Notes: a model not told the origin generated them from the letters alone. A stretch of DNA of 64,000 nt from an uncultured bacterium (GCA_963710755.1 CAVQBK010000005.1:32001-96000), one strand, 5' to 3'. Positions 1 through 8,969 are shown, counted from the first letter of the stretch. Program-made: numbers and translations.

Positions 1-456
1 ATCATCCAATGCTTTATCTGCATTACGTTTATTATTATCTGTCTCATCCAACGTCTTATTAGCAGATTCAAGTTCTTTCTTTAATTGTTCGATTTCCTTT
101 TGTTTGCCAATATTCTCTTCTCCGATAAAATAAATAGGCGTCACATTATCCTGATCAACGGATTCAATTGTTTTTTTAACGAATGACCGATTGAATACTC
201 TAACGGCGGGTGTCGTTATTTTCGATAAGTTAGAACCAGATATTTTATTTCCATTATCCAATTCAAATGCAACTTCGCCTTCTGTAATATCACGTTTGTC
301 TTGAACATGCTCAAACAGTGAAGAAACCGTTGTCTTCCCGGTTCCATTCCATCCGTAAATCACATTAAATTGAGCAAAAGAAGTCAAATCATCCGGCCAG
401 CTAAATTCTCGGAATATCCGGTGGTTTTTAATTTTCGAAATACGAGAAATTTTCAT
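1..456 (-). CDS. RloC-like (AAA_13 family) ABC-type ATPase, putative anticodon nuclease; 3'-partial
   Basis: Not in the ORF track (runs off the edge). Hand translation from ATG at 456: MKISRISKIKNHRIFREFSWPDDLTSFAQFNVIYGWNGTGKTTVSSLF...VRVFNRSFVKK...IYFIGEENIGKQKEIEQLKKEL..., open for 152 codons. Walker A GxNGxGKTT, VFNxxFV motif and start of a coiled coil; ATGA overlap with the hsdS stop. Confidence 0.8.
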   Translation of the reverse strand, partial: MKISRISKIKNHRIFREFSWPDDLTSFAQFNVIYGWNGTGKTTVSSLFEHVQDKRDITEGEVAFELDNGNKISGSNLSKITTPAVRVFNRSFVKKTIESVDQDNVTPIYFIGEENIGKQKEIEQLKKELESANKTLDETDNNKRNADKALDD

Positions 457-1649
457 ACCACCAATTCTCCGTTCATCAGTTTGGGCAATAGTAAATCTCG
501 GGCTTTAATAAGTTGTCTATTCATTGCTTGCAGGTTCTTTATTTTAGCGAGAAATGGGCCAACGTGATTCCGAAACATTTCCAGAATTACTTCATCCGGA
601 AGAACCATTTCGTATTCGCGTATTACTTGCTGGCTGATATTTCTTTGAGCAGCGCCTTGGCCGAGATTGCGCAAGCCTTCTTTATTTGATAGAAAAAACA
701 TAAATGCATGTTCATAGCTTGTTCCTTTAAACTTCGGCATAACTGCGCAACATGCTTGATTACAGGTTGACTCATCAACTATTACACCAACTTGGCCAAT
801 TGTAGCTCCATACATTGCAATTAATACGGTATTGGCGGGCAGCAACTTTGCCGATGACATTTTTATTGCATTCTCAGTTATGTGTTCTTCTGTATCAAAC
901 AAGAAGCAATCCAACAATTCTTGAGTTTTCACCCACTTAATATCACCGCCATAGAATTCTTGATTCTTTCGGTTTGGAGTACCTCCCGATGTTGTATCAT
1001 AAAAGTCCCTTACCACTCCTTTCTCCCACCCTTCCGGCACGCCGTTTTTTATTTTGACATGCTCATGTCCGGGAAAGCGGAAGTGGACGAACCATTCTTT
1101 GTACAAAAGCCTGGCTGATTGTTCGAGCAATTGTATTCTGCGGCGGTTGTTTTCGATCAGATCGTCGTAGGCGGAAAGGATGGAGGCGATTTTTCTCTGT
1201 TCTGACAGCCCGCAGTCAAGTATTTCTCCACGCAATACAGTCTCCGCATCTACCGCTGGATAGGATGTTCCTTTTGCATTATTTGCTAAATAATTTGTGA
1301 ATTTCTGATCGGTAACCGCATAATATATAAAACGAGGCTCAGTATTATTCTTTGATCGTAATACTGCAAAACCAGTGGAAACGATCAAATTATTTTTAGG
1401 GTCTTTTAAAAATAAAAAAGAACGCAAATTAGGTCGCACCATAGAAAGAATAGTATCCCCATCTTTAACTTTTCTTTTTGCCCTACTTGGTGCTTCAGAT
1501 AATTGTAGTAATTTTGGACTTTCAATTAACTGTCCCGTACCAACTGATGAAATATCAATATATTCGATTTCATTTTCAGCATATGATTTTGATATTGACT
1601 CGGGATTTATCTCAACAAATTTTTGCAAAGGTGTTGTTTTCTTACTCAT
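453..1649 (-). CDS. hsdS: Type I restriction-modification specificity subunit
   Basis: Two TRDs separated by conserved helices (EQRKIASILSAYDDLIENNRRRIQLLE...PEGWE; ARDLLLPKLMNGE). ATG at 1649 has a GGAGA SD; the ORF extends to 1673. Confidence 0.95.
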   Translation of the reverse strand: MSKKTTPLQKFVEINPESISKSYAENEIEYIDISSVGTGQLIESPKLLQLSEAPSRAKRKVKDGDTILSMVRPNLRSFLFLKDPKNNLIVSTGFAVLRSKNNTEPRFIYYAVTDQKFTNYLANNAKGTSYPAVDAETVLRGEILDCGLSEQRKIASILSAYDDLIENNRRRIQLLEQSARLLYKEWFVHFRFPGHEHVKIKNGVPEGWEKGVVRDFYDTTSGGTPNRKNQEFYGGDIKWVKTQELLDCFLFDTEEHITENAIKMSSAKLLPANTVLIAMYGATIGQVGVIVDESTCNQACCAVMPKFKGTSYEHAFMFFLSNKEGLRNLGQGAAQRNISQQVIREYEMVLPDEVILEMFRNHVGPFLAKIKNLQAMNRQLIKARDLLLPKLMNGELVV

Positions 1650-1680
1650 GTTAATTCTCCAGCTACACATCATTTGATAT

Positions 1681-2700
1681 TTAAAAATCCTTACCTTCCA
1701 ACCGTTTCACTTCTTTGTCAAAATCAGAACTATAATTTTGATCCTGGATTTGACGGAAGGTTTGGTATTCCTGCTCGGCTTTGAGTTTGGCTTCCAGGGC
1801 TGTGATTTTGCCGCTGTCTTGCAGGATGGGATAATCAGAGAGTTTTAGGAAGTCATCTAAAAAGGTGCTCCACTCCTGCATTTTGGTAGCGATCTGGCGC
1901 TCGGCCCGGCTTTCTGCCAGATCGAGATAGGCCGATACGATGCGATTAAGCTCTTTGATATGCGCTTCATTAAGATAGTTTTTAGCGATGGTGACATCGG
2001 ATTTTAAGATTTTGCCTTCCGGTGCTTGTTTCCAACTGGTCAATCCCATATAAAGCTTAGTCGCATCTGCTGAATGATAGATAATCTCTGCCGCGGTTTG
2101 GCCGGTGATAGCCCAATGCAGTTTGTTCTGCACTGTTGCGAAGAATGCTTTGGTCACAGGCGCGTTTTTATCATAATCAATGGCCAGGCTATAAATATCG
2201 GTAATCTTTTGATAAAAGCGGCGTTCACTAGCCCTGATCTCGCGTACGCGCTCTAATAATTCGCCAAAATAATCTTTGCCAAACTTTGGACCTTGTTTTA
2301 AGCGCTCATCATCCATGACAAAGCCTTTGATAATGTACTCTTTTAATGTTTTGGTAGCCCAGATGCGGAATTGGGTGGCTTCATAGGAGTTGACACGGTA
2401 ACCTAGAGCTATAATGGCATCAAGATTGTAGAATTCTACATTGCGTTCAACCTGACGATTCCCTTCAGATTGAACTATCCGGAATTTCCGGATAGTTGCT
2501 TCTTTCTCTAATTCCTTATTTTTGAATATATTTTGTAGATGTTCGTTTACTGTTCGGACATCTACAGCAAACAATTCAGCCATTCTTTTTTGCGACAGCC
2601 AAAAGGTCTCATCTTGGTACATAACTTCAATATGGACTTTGCCCTGAGGCGTGGAATAGAAAATAATATTTGATTGTTCTATGGCGTTGTTGTCTTCCAT
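1681..2700 (-). CDS. RhuM-family (virulence RhuM) protein
   Basis: ETFWLSQKRMAELF, YNLDAIIALGYRVNS..ATQFRIWAT, REIRASERRFYQKITDIY, FFATVQNKLHWA motifs; TAATG-coupled to hsdM. Confidence 0.9.
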   Translation of the reverse strand: MEDNNAIEQSNIIFYSTPQGKVHIEVMYQDETFWLSQKRMAELFAVDVRTVNEHLQNIFKNKELEKEATIRKFRIVQSEGNRQVERNVEFYNLDAIIALGYRVNSYEATQFRIWATKTLKEYIIKGFVMDDERLKQGPKFGKDYFGELLERVREIRASERRFYQKITDIYSLAIDYDKNAPVTKAFFATVQNKLHWAITGQTAAEIIYHSADATKLYMGLTSWKQAPEGKILKSDVTIAKNYLNEAHIKELNRIVSAYLDLAESRAERQIATKMQEWSTFLDDFLKLSDYPILQDSGKITALEAKLKAEQEYQTFRQIQDQNYSSDFDKEVKRLEGKDF

Positions 2701-4748
2701 TAGATACCCAGTTCCTCAAAGTTTTTCTTGATGATCTTGGCCAGTTTGTTAGCTTCCTGATTCAAGTCTTCCAATTCGACATGGATCTCGCGCATGGTCT
2801 CTTCAAAATCAAAGTTTTCATCTTCTTCCTCCGGCGCGACGCCAACATACCTGCCTGGTGTCAGACTCCAGTCATTGGATGCCAATGTTTTATGATCCAC
2901 CAGCTTGACCAGACCTTCTACATCTTGCAGTTTGGCTTCCGGGAAACGACCAGTCAGCCAATGAGCCTGTTTCCAGAAATAGCGTACTTGTTTGAGCTGT
3001 TCCACCGCGATTTGGCGGTATTGGTCGATTTCTTTTAAGTTGCGCTGGCTGCTTCGTGAGGCCTGGCCTTCTGTATTGGATATTAATTTGTAAATCAAAT
3101 CAGTCTGCTTGACCAGATCACGGCTGGTTTCACCTAATCCGCTTAGACGATCGACAGCTTGTTTTAAAGCGCCATTGCTCTTTTTCTGTGCTTGCCATAA
3201 TTTTTTTTGCTCGTTAATGGTTTTATTAAATGCTTCACTATCTTTTTCAAAGGTTTTTAGATTATGGGTAATCTCTTTTTTGTTTTCACTATTTTCTGTC
3301 AATGTTGGCAGCAGCTCTTTCATCCCTGCTATAAATTGCGGGAGCGGTTGAATAGCCTGGCTATCATCATCTTTAGTTTTAAAACAGGCTTCTGCTTCTT
3401 GGATGATGTTATGACAATAATTGCCGACTACATCTAAATAGTAGCTGGTTTGTCCCTTATAGAGTGAGACAATGGCCAGTAAGTTATTTTCCTGCTCCGG
3501 ACTAAAATCAAATATTTTACGGGTAACCTTGCGATAGATTTGACGGGCATCGATCATCAGGACTTTGTCTTTATGTTGTTTAGGTTTGTTACGGTCTAAA
3601 AACCATAGTTCACAAGGCACGGTTCGGGTATAGAAAAAGTTGGACCTGATGGCAATCATGATGTCCACACTGCCTGATTCAATCAGCTTTTGCCTGACCT
3701 TGGCTTCATCCCGGCCGGCACTGGAGGCCTGAGAGGACATGACAAATCCGGCTCTGCCCTGCTCATTTAAAAAACTGTAAAAGTAACTGATCCAGATATA
3801 ATTGCCGTTACTGATTTTTTTCTTTTTATTCACCCCCGGCAGTCCAAAAGGCAGTCGCTCTTTATCATTTTTTACCTTGGCCTCGTCAATCTCATCGACA
3901 TTAAAGGGCGGATTGGCCATGACAAAATCAGCTTTGCCGGTCAGGTGATGTGGTTCTTCATAATAGGTAATCGCTTTATTGATATTGCCTTCCAGGCCAT
4001 GAACAGCCAGATTCATTTTGGCCAGACGGATGGTAGTGGCATTTTTTTCCAAGCCGTAAAAAGTCAATTTTTCCGAAGGATTTTGATGCCGGCTTTCTAC
4101 TACCTTGGCGCTTTGGACAAACATACCACCTGACCCGCAAGCTGGATCAAGAATGATCCCCTTTTCCGGATTAATCACATGGGCGATTAATGAAACCAAA
4201 GAAACAGGCGTAAAAAACTCGCCGCCATCATGGGCTTTTTGATCGGCAAATTGAGTGAGAAAATATTCGTAAATGCGGCCAAAGACATCACCAGATACTT
4301 TTTTTAATTCTTCAGGATTGAGGGTGCGCAAGAGTTCGCCCAAGACTTCATTATCCAGTTCTTTATATTCATTTTTAGGCAAAACACCTTTTAGGTTTTC
4401 ATAGTCTTTTTCTATGGATTCCATGGCATCAATAATCGCTTGCGCCCGGTCCTGATCTTCACTTAAAGCAACCAGATGATCAAACTGCGCTTGGGGCTGG
4501 AGATAGATGGCGCTTTCTCGGGAAAAATCTTCTTTGGTAAGCGGCCTGGTGTGACCGCCCCGCTTAGGCAGGTTGGGTTCTATTTTGGCTTTGATCGTCA
4601 AATAACGGCTATAGGCATGGCGTAAAAAAATCAAGCCCATGACGGGCAGAAAATATTCATTACTGGCATAATTGGAATTGGCTCTTAAGGTATCCGCAGC
4701 GCTCCAGAGTCGTTTTTCAATAGCTTCAATGTGTTCAAGTTGTGCCAT
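2700..4748 (-). CDS. hsdM: Type I R-M N6-adenine methyltransferase subunit
   Basis: LWSAADTLR N-terminus, GEFFTP, motif I DPACGSGGM, motif IV NPPF, C-terminal SLTPGRYVG. Confidence 0.96.
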   Translation of the reverse strand: MAQLEHIEAIEKRLWSAADTLRANSNYASNEYFLPVMGLIFLRHAYSRYLTIKAKIEPNLPKRGGHTRPLTKEDFSRESAIYLQPQAQFDHLVALSEDQDRAQAIIDAMESIEKDYENLKGVLPKNEYKELDNEVLGELLRTLNPEELKKVSGDVFGRIYEYFLTQFADQKAHDGGEFFTPVSLVSLIAHVINPEKGIILDPACGSGGMFVQSAKVVESRHQNPSEKLTFYGLEKNATTIRLAKMNLAVHGLEGNINKAITYYEEPHHLTGKADFVMANPPFNVDEIDEAKVKNDKERLPFGLPGVNKKKKISNGNYIWISYFYSFLNEQGRAGFVMSSQASSAGRDEAKVRQKLIESGSVDIMIAIRSNFFYTRTVPCELWFLDRNKPKQHKDKVLMIDARQIYRKVTRKIFDFSPEQENNLLAIVSLYKGQTSYYLDVVGNYCHNIIQEAEACFKTKDDDSQAIQPLPQFIAGMKELLPTLTENSENKKEITHNLKTFEKDSEAFNKTINEQKKLWQAQKKSNGALKQAVDRLSGLGETSRDLVKQTDLIYKLISNTEGQASRSSQRNLKEIDQYRQIAVEQLKQVRYFWKQAHWLTGRFPEAKLQDVEGLVKLVDHKTLASNDWSLTPGRYVGVAPEEEDENFDFEETMREIHVELEDLNQEANKLAKIIKKNFEELGI

Positions 4749-5253
4749 GAGTCTCCTAATATAAAATCATTTTTAAAATTGCTGGTTTTAAAGATAATTC
4801 AAGAAATGCAATTCAGTTATTATATAGGCGCCCGAAAGTGTAGTCAATTAAACAGAAATCCGGATTTGCGATCAAGTAGTAACAACCAGGATAATCACAA
4901 AATTGTCACACATGGTTTTGGAGAGGAAATTAAATATTTTTACATCGGGCATACTAATCATGATGGTCGTATTTTAGCATCACCATCAACGCTACCTAAT
5001 CCCCAATTACCCTCAATAGCGTTATCTAATTTAAAGAGGAGTTTTTTATTATGGCTAAAGTACCTGATAGAAGGGCCAAGAATTCCGGTGCCAGCCACAT
5101 TTGCAATGTCCTGCTCCGTCAGGCAGCCTTCATTGAGCGCCTTGCAAAAATGACAATGAGCAATGAATCTGTTGGGTTTTATATTTTCCCCTCGCCTTTC
5201 CCGGAAAGATAAATTAAAATAACGTCAGGAGAAGTAATCATGACGTTTAGTTG

Positions 5254-5283
5254 CTCGACTTCAGCAAATTTGCTGAAGTCGAG
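5254..5283. repeat. Perfect 30-bp palindrome
   Basis: CTCGACTTCAGCAAATTTGCTGAAGTCGAG equals its own reverse complement. Confidence 0.95.
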
Positions 5284-5532
5284 TAGGTATTTAAAAACCC
5301 TCCCGATAGCTGCCCAGTCGGAAATTATTCATTGCGGGCGCTACCGGGCAAGTCAGCGATGACCGCTTAAACCGCGCCAAGTATAACCTTGTTTTATATT
5401 TGTCCATATCTGGGTTAGCTCCGGATGTTGCGCTGCGGATGCGTCCCAATGATATATATTTTTCCGGTCGGGATGGATAATCCGGATTTACAGCCTCTTA
5501 TCCAGCTCTGCCGGACAGCCAAATCAGGATAG

Positions 5533-7221
5533 TTGAAGCCGGTGATTACCTTTTTCAAAGATCAATTTAACCGTTATATTCTTCCGATTGATACCCGTAT
5601 TCTTTTGGGCATCACTTTTGCCGGCGTCCTATGTCTTCATTTTGGTTTATCAAATTCCGGTTGGGCTCTTGTGCTTGCCGCATTTGCGGTTCTTCTTTTC
5701 AAGAACCTTGACGTACAGCTCGCAAAACAATCTTCAATCTCTCCCCGGACTGAAATCATCGTCCTTATATTAATAATTGCTGTCGCGGCATTTTTCAGAT
5801 GGTGGCAGCTATCCAAACTGCCGCCGGCTTGCTGGTATGACGAAGCGGAAAACGGCCTGGCTGTCCTAAAATTCATGCACGGGCAATGGTTTCTATTTAC
5901 AGCCAACCGGCACGGTATTCTCCTGTACTTATGGGTCCTGCCGTTTTTTAAGTTCCTTGAGCCGACCATTTTCACTTTGCGTTTCGCCACTTCGGTATTG
6001 GGGCTGGCAACCATTCCCCTGGCATGGCTGCTTTTTCGGCAATGGACAACAAAAGAAAATGCCTTGATCGCCGGCTTTCTTCTTGCCACCGCATTTTGGC
6101 CTGTTTTATTAAGTCGCATTGCTTTTGTTGCCATTGCCACTCCGCTCTTTGACGCCCTCATGATATTTTTTCTATGGCAGTACTCCGAATCCCGCGCACT
6201 GAGATGGCTTATCTTGGCCGGATTCACCGCTGGTATGGCAAACTATGGCTATTCCGCCTCACGGCTCAGTTTGTTTCTGCTGATCATAGGAAGCTGGCTG
6301 TTTTCTCCCCATCTTAAAGGTCGTCTTTTTAAACGGCTGGCCATCGTCGGTCTTGGTCCCCTGGCCGCGGGCATAATCATGCTCCCGTTATTTTTTTACG
6401 CGCTTCACCATAGCCAACATTTCACCCAACGAAGCCATGAAGTTTCCGAGATTTCAGAAATCGTGTCAAATCGCACCTTAAAACCGTTTTTTAATAATCT
6501 GAGAGCTTATTTTCGAATGTTACATGAACGCGGCGACGGGAATCTTCGTCATAATATCCCGCATAGACCCATGCTCGATCCCATAACCGGATTCTTGTTT
6601 ATAACCGGCATCATTGCAGGGATTAAGAACCGGCGGCTTCCACATATAAAATTCTTATGGTGGTGGTTGCTGATATATCCCGTGGCTGCGTCTTTCACCA
6701 AGTCCGCCCCTCATGCGCTGCGAACTTTTTCGATTATTATTCCCATCTGTTTTTTATGCAGCCTGGGGTTAAACTTTGTGCTTAATCGCTTTTATTTAAC
6801 ACATAAATTAAAACTGGCCGCAATTTTGACGGTATTAGCCTTGATCGGCAGTATAAATTTTTTCAATTATTTTAAGTCCTATGCGAATTATCACGGCTTA
6901 AGCAGTGAATTTTCACCCTTGGCCCATGCGGTCGGTTTGTATTTACAAGATTATCCATCCCAACATCGCATTATTTTGGATGCTTCCATAAGCTCCAGCG
7001 TAGTTCGATTTATTGCCAATCAAACCAAAGATGAAATCCTGGATATAAATAAACGAAAGCAACCCCATGCAAACGATGTCTATATTTTCCGGACTCTTGA
7101 AACCGCCAAACTCTTTATAAATATCAACCAATACCAATATCAGGAGATAAACCGAAACTTTGGCATGAGATTTTGGCTATTTGAGCCCATGCTTAAACAC
7201 GGGTCCCCTATATCCCCATAA
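5533..7221 (+). CDS. GT-C fold polytopic glycosyltransferase (ArnT/PMT_2, GT39/83-like)
   Basis: Many hydrophobic segments, WYDEAENG acidic motif after the first TM helices, TLRFATSVLG, LLSRIAF. Confidence 0.8.
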   Translation: MKPVITFFKDQFNRYILPIDTRILLGITFAGVLCLHFGLSNSGWALVLAAFAVLLFKNLDVQLAKQSSISPRTEIIVLILIIAVAAFFRWWQLSKLPPACWYDEAENGLAVLKFMHGQWFLFTANRHGILLYLWVLPFFKFLEPTIFTLRFATSVLGLATIPLAWLLFRQWTTKENALIAGFLLATAFWPVLLSRIAFVAIATPLFDALMIFFLWQYSESRALRWLILAGFTAGMANYGYSASRLSLFLLIIGSWLFSPHLKGRLFKRLAIVGLGPLAAGIIMLPLFFYALHHSQHFTQRSHEVSEISEIVSNRTLKPFFNNLRAYFRMLHERGDGNLRHNIPHRPMLDPITGFLFITGIIAGIKNRRLPHIKFLWWWLLIYPVAASFTKSAPHALRTFSIIIPICFLCSLGLNFVLNRFYLTHKLKLAAILTVLALIGSINFFNYFKSYANYHGLSSEFSPLAHAVGLYLQDYPSQHRIILDASISSSVVRFIANQTKDEILDINKRKQPHANDVYIFRTLETAKLFININQYQYQEINRNFGMRFWLFEPMLKHGSPISP

Positions 7222-7565
7222 TGGAGGAAACCGGTGGCTGGCACAGGTTTTCAGAAAAAAGATTTCCGATCTTTTACATGCCAGCGGCCATTGCCTTCCG
7301 CTATGTTGGCAACAATGGAAAATGTCGCACGGTTTAGTTGATCAACAAGATAAAATGTTCCTCTTGGAAAAGTCCCGGTTATTTTGGATATTTCGGCGGC
7401 AAAGGTTACGGATTTTTGGTAGACCAGAAAATTTGGAAAAACCTTTTATGGCCATTAGATAAAATTAATAAAAATCGAAAGGTGAAAGGCGATAGGAGAT
7501 TGTGAGGCGAAAGGTGACCGCAGGGGATCGGCTTGCCGTTTCCCCTATCCCCTCTTCCCTGCTCC

Positions 7566-7586
7566 GTTTTTCGCGGAGCGAAAAAC
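7566..7586. other. Hairpin abutting the tRNA-Arg CCA end
   Basis: GTTTTTCGC-GGA-GCGAAAAAC, a 9-bp perfect stem. Confidence 0.7.
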
Positions 7587-7663
7587 TGGCGTCCCAGCCA
7601 GGATTCGAACCCGGGGCCGACGGATTAGAAATCCGTTGCTCTATCCAGCTGAGCTACTGGGAC
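7587..7663 (-). tRNA. tRNA-Arg(TCT)
   Basis: Reverse complement GTCCCAG TAGCTCAGCTGGATAGAGCA ACGGA-TTTCTAA-TCCGT ... CCGGG-TTCGAAT-CCTGG CTGGGAC GCCA; full cloverleaf, encoded CCA, 77 nt. Confidence 0.97.
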
Positions 7664-8004
7664 GTTGACACCGGCTTTTGCCTTGCATAGCGCGCGGCAA
7701 TGGTGAATTGATAGAAATAGTTGTTCCAAAATTCCGCGGTCATGCCCCATTCATTCCGGGCGGCAAAATAATCAGCAAAGGTTTCCCGGGCGCGGACGAC
7801 TTCTTTTAAACGCATTTTATTTTTTTCATCTTCGAGAGTCAAATCAAACAATTCCAGCGCCCGGTCAAAGGCCTTTTGCGCCGAGACCGCGTTGCCCTTG
7901 GCGCGCCAGTTGATGGCTCGACCAACCTCACTGCCGATATTGGCCATTTGTTCCATCAGACTAAATTTTTTCCAGCGCCCGGCAGCCATAGAGCTATGCT
8001 GCAT
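7654..8004 (-). CDS. Conserved hypothetical helical protein (partner of the DUF5674-like gene)
   Basis: 116 aa, AAGRW..FSL.EQMANIGSEV.RA...AF.RALEL.DLT pattern that I recall from candidate-phylum hypotheticals; ATG lies 1 nt after the upstream stop; the stop codon falls inside tRNA-Arg. Confidence 0.75.
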   Translation of the reverse strand: MQHSSMAAGRWKKFSLMEQMANIGSEVGRAINWRAKGNAVSAQKAFDRALELFDLTLEDEKNKMRLKEVVRARETFADYFAARNEWGMTAEFWNNYFYQFTIAARYARQKPVSTSQ

Positions 8005-8005
8005 G

Positions 8006-8346
8006 TTAAAACACCACTACTTTGTCGATTAATTCCAATATCCTTGTGCGAATATGTTCATCTTCCACACCCCGGCTGCGGTTGTTCATGGAAGGACGTA
8101 TATTGATCATGGAATCAAATTCCACAAAATCTTCCCGCGGGTTATCAGGGTACAAATTTATCCCCCAGAGATTTTTTGCTCCGATCCGTTTTGAATCAGC
8201 AGGGATTCCAAGCCGGCTTGCAATTCGGCATCCAGCGCAATCAGCTTTTTTTCCACATCTACCACCGCTTTCACCATGTCACCGAAATAATTGCCTGTCA
8301 TGGCTTTGACTTCATGGATCGTGATCACCTCGCCAATGATTTGCAT
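8006..8346 (-). pseudogene. DUF5674-like protein with a single-base frameshift
   Basis: MQIIGEVITIHEVKAMTGNYFGDMVKAVVDVEKKLIALDAELQAGLESLLIQNGSEQK, then, with one extra A in the A6 run (T6 at 8172-8177), NLWGINLYPDNPREDFVEFDSMINIRPSMNNRSRGVEDEHIRTRILELIDKVVVF*. 341 nt is 114 codons minus 1 nt. Confidence 0.8.
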
Positions 8347-8544
8347 GCTCAGATGCCTCCACTTCAAATCAATTCCCCGGGCCCCTGATCAGACTGCTCC
8401 TACGCGGCCACTCAGAATCGGATCGGAGTTGTATCCTTTTCTTTGCAGGTGAGCCCATGTTCCATATTGCGCCTCATCATGGGGAAGGCGGAAGATGACT
8501 ATGCGGTCGTACGGATAGGCTTGAACCATTTGGTTAAACCATGG

Positions 8545-8968
8545 CCGGTCGGGGCTGCGGAAGTCATCGAAGATGACTGCAGCGTCCCTTTTTGATAATA
8601 TCCATTCCGGTCGGGGCTGCGGAAGTCATCGAAGATGGCTGCAGCGTCCCTTTTATATAATATCTATTCCGGTCGGGGCTGCCGAAGGCGTCCCTTTTAT
8701 ACAATATCCGAACCAGTCGGGGCTGCGGAAGTCATCGAAGATGACTGCAGCGTCCCTTTTATATAATATCTATTCTGCTCGGGGCTGCCGAAGGCGTCCC
8801 TTTTATACAATATCCGAACCAGTCGGGGCTGCCGAAGGCGTCCCTTTTTGATAATATCCATTCCGGTCGGGGCTGCGGAAGTCATCGAAGATGACTGAAG
8901 CGTCCCTTTTATATAATATCTATTCTGCTCGGGGCTGCCGAAGGCGTCCCTTTTATACAATATCCGAA
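8545..8968. repeat. Tandem array of eight hairpin units (4 x 62 bp + 4 x 44 bp) attached to the tRNA-Pro 3' end
   Basis: Unit starts 8545(L), 8607(L), 8669(S), 8713(L), 8775(S), 8819(S), 8863(L), 8925(S). L core GGGGCTGCGGAAGTCATCGAAGATGACTGCAGCGTCCC; S core GGGGCTGCCGAAGGCGTCCC; each is followed by TTTT and an AT-rich tail. Confidence 0.97.
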
Positions 8969-8969
8969 C

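Noticed and set aside
4731-5153. 140-aa + strand ORF
   Set aside because: Overlaps the hsdM start and promoter region, has no SD or family motif, and is probably a chance ORF.
7181-7690. ORFs 7181-7462 and 7502-7690
   Set aside because: One overlaps the glycosyltransferase end and the other is antisense to tRNA-Arg; neither has protein-like motifs.
8389-8529. 46-aa minus-strand ORF (MVQAYPYDRIVIFRLPHDEAQYG...)
   Set aside because: No SD and no recognisable motif; it may be a gene remnant but cannot be supported.
8545-8968. CRISPR array
   Set aside because: The between-repeat segments are only three recurring 18-nt variants rather than unique spacers, unit length alternates 62/44 bp, and there are no cas genes in the window.
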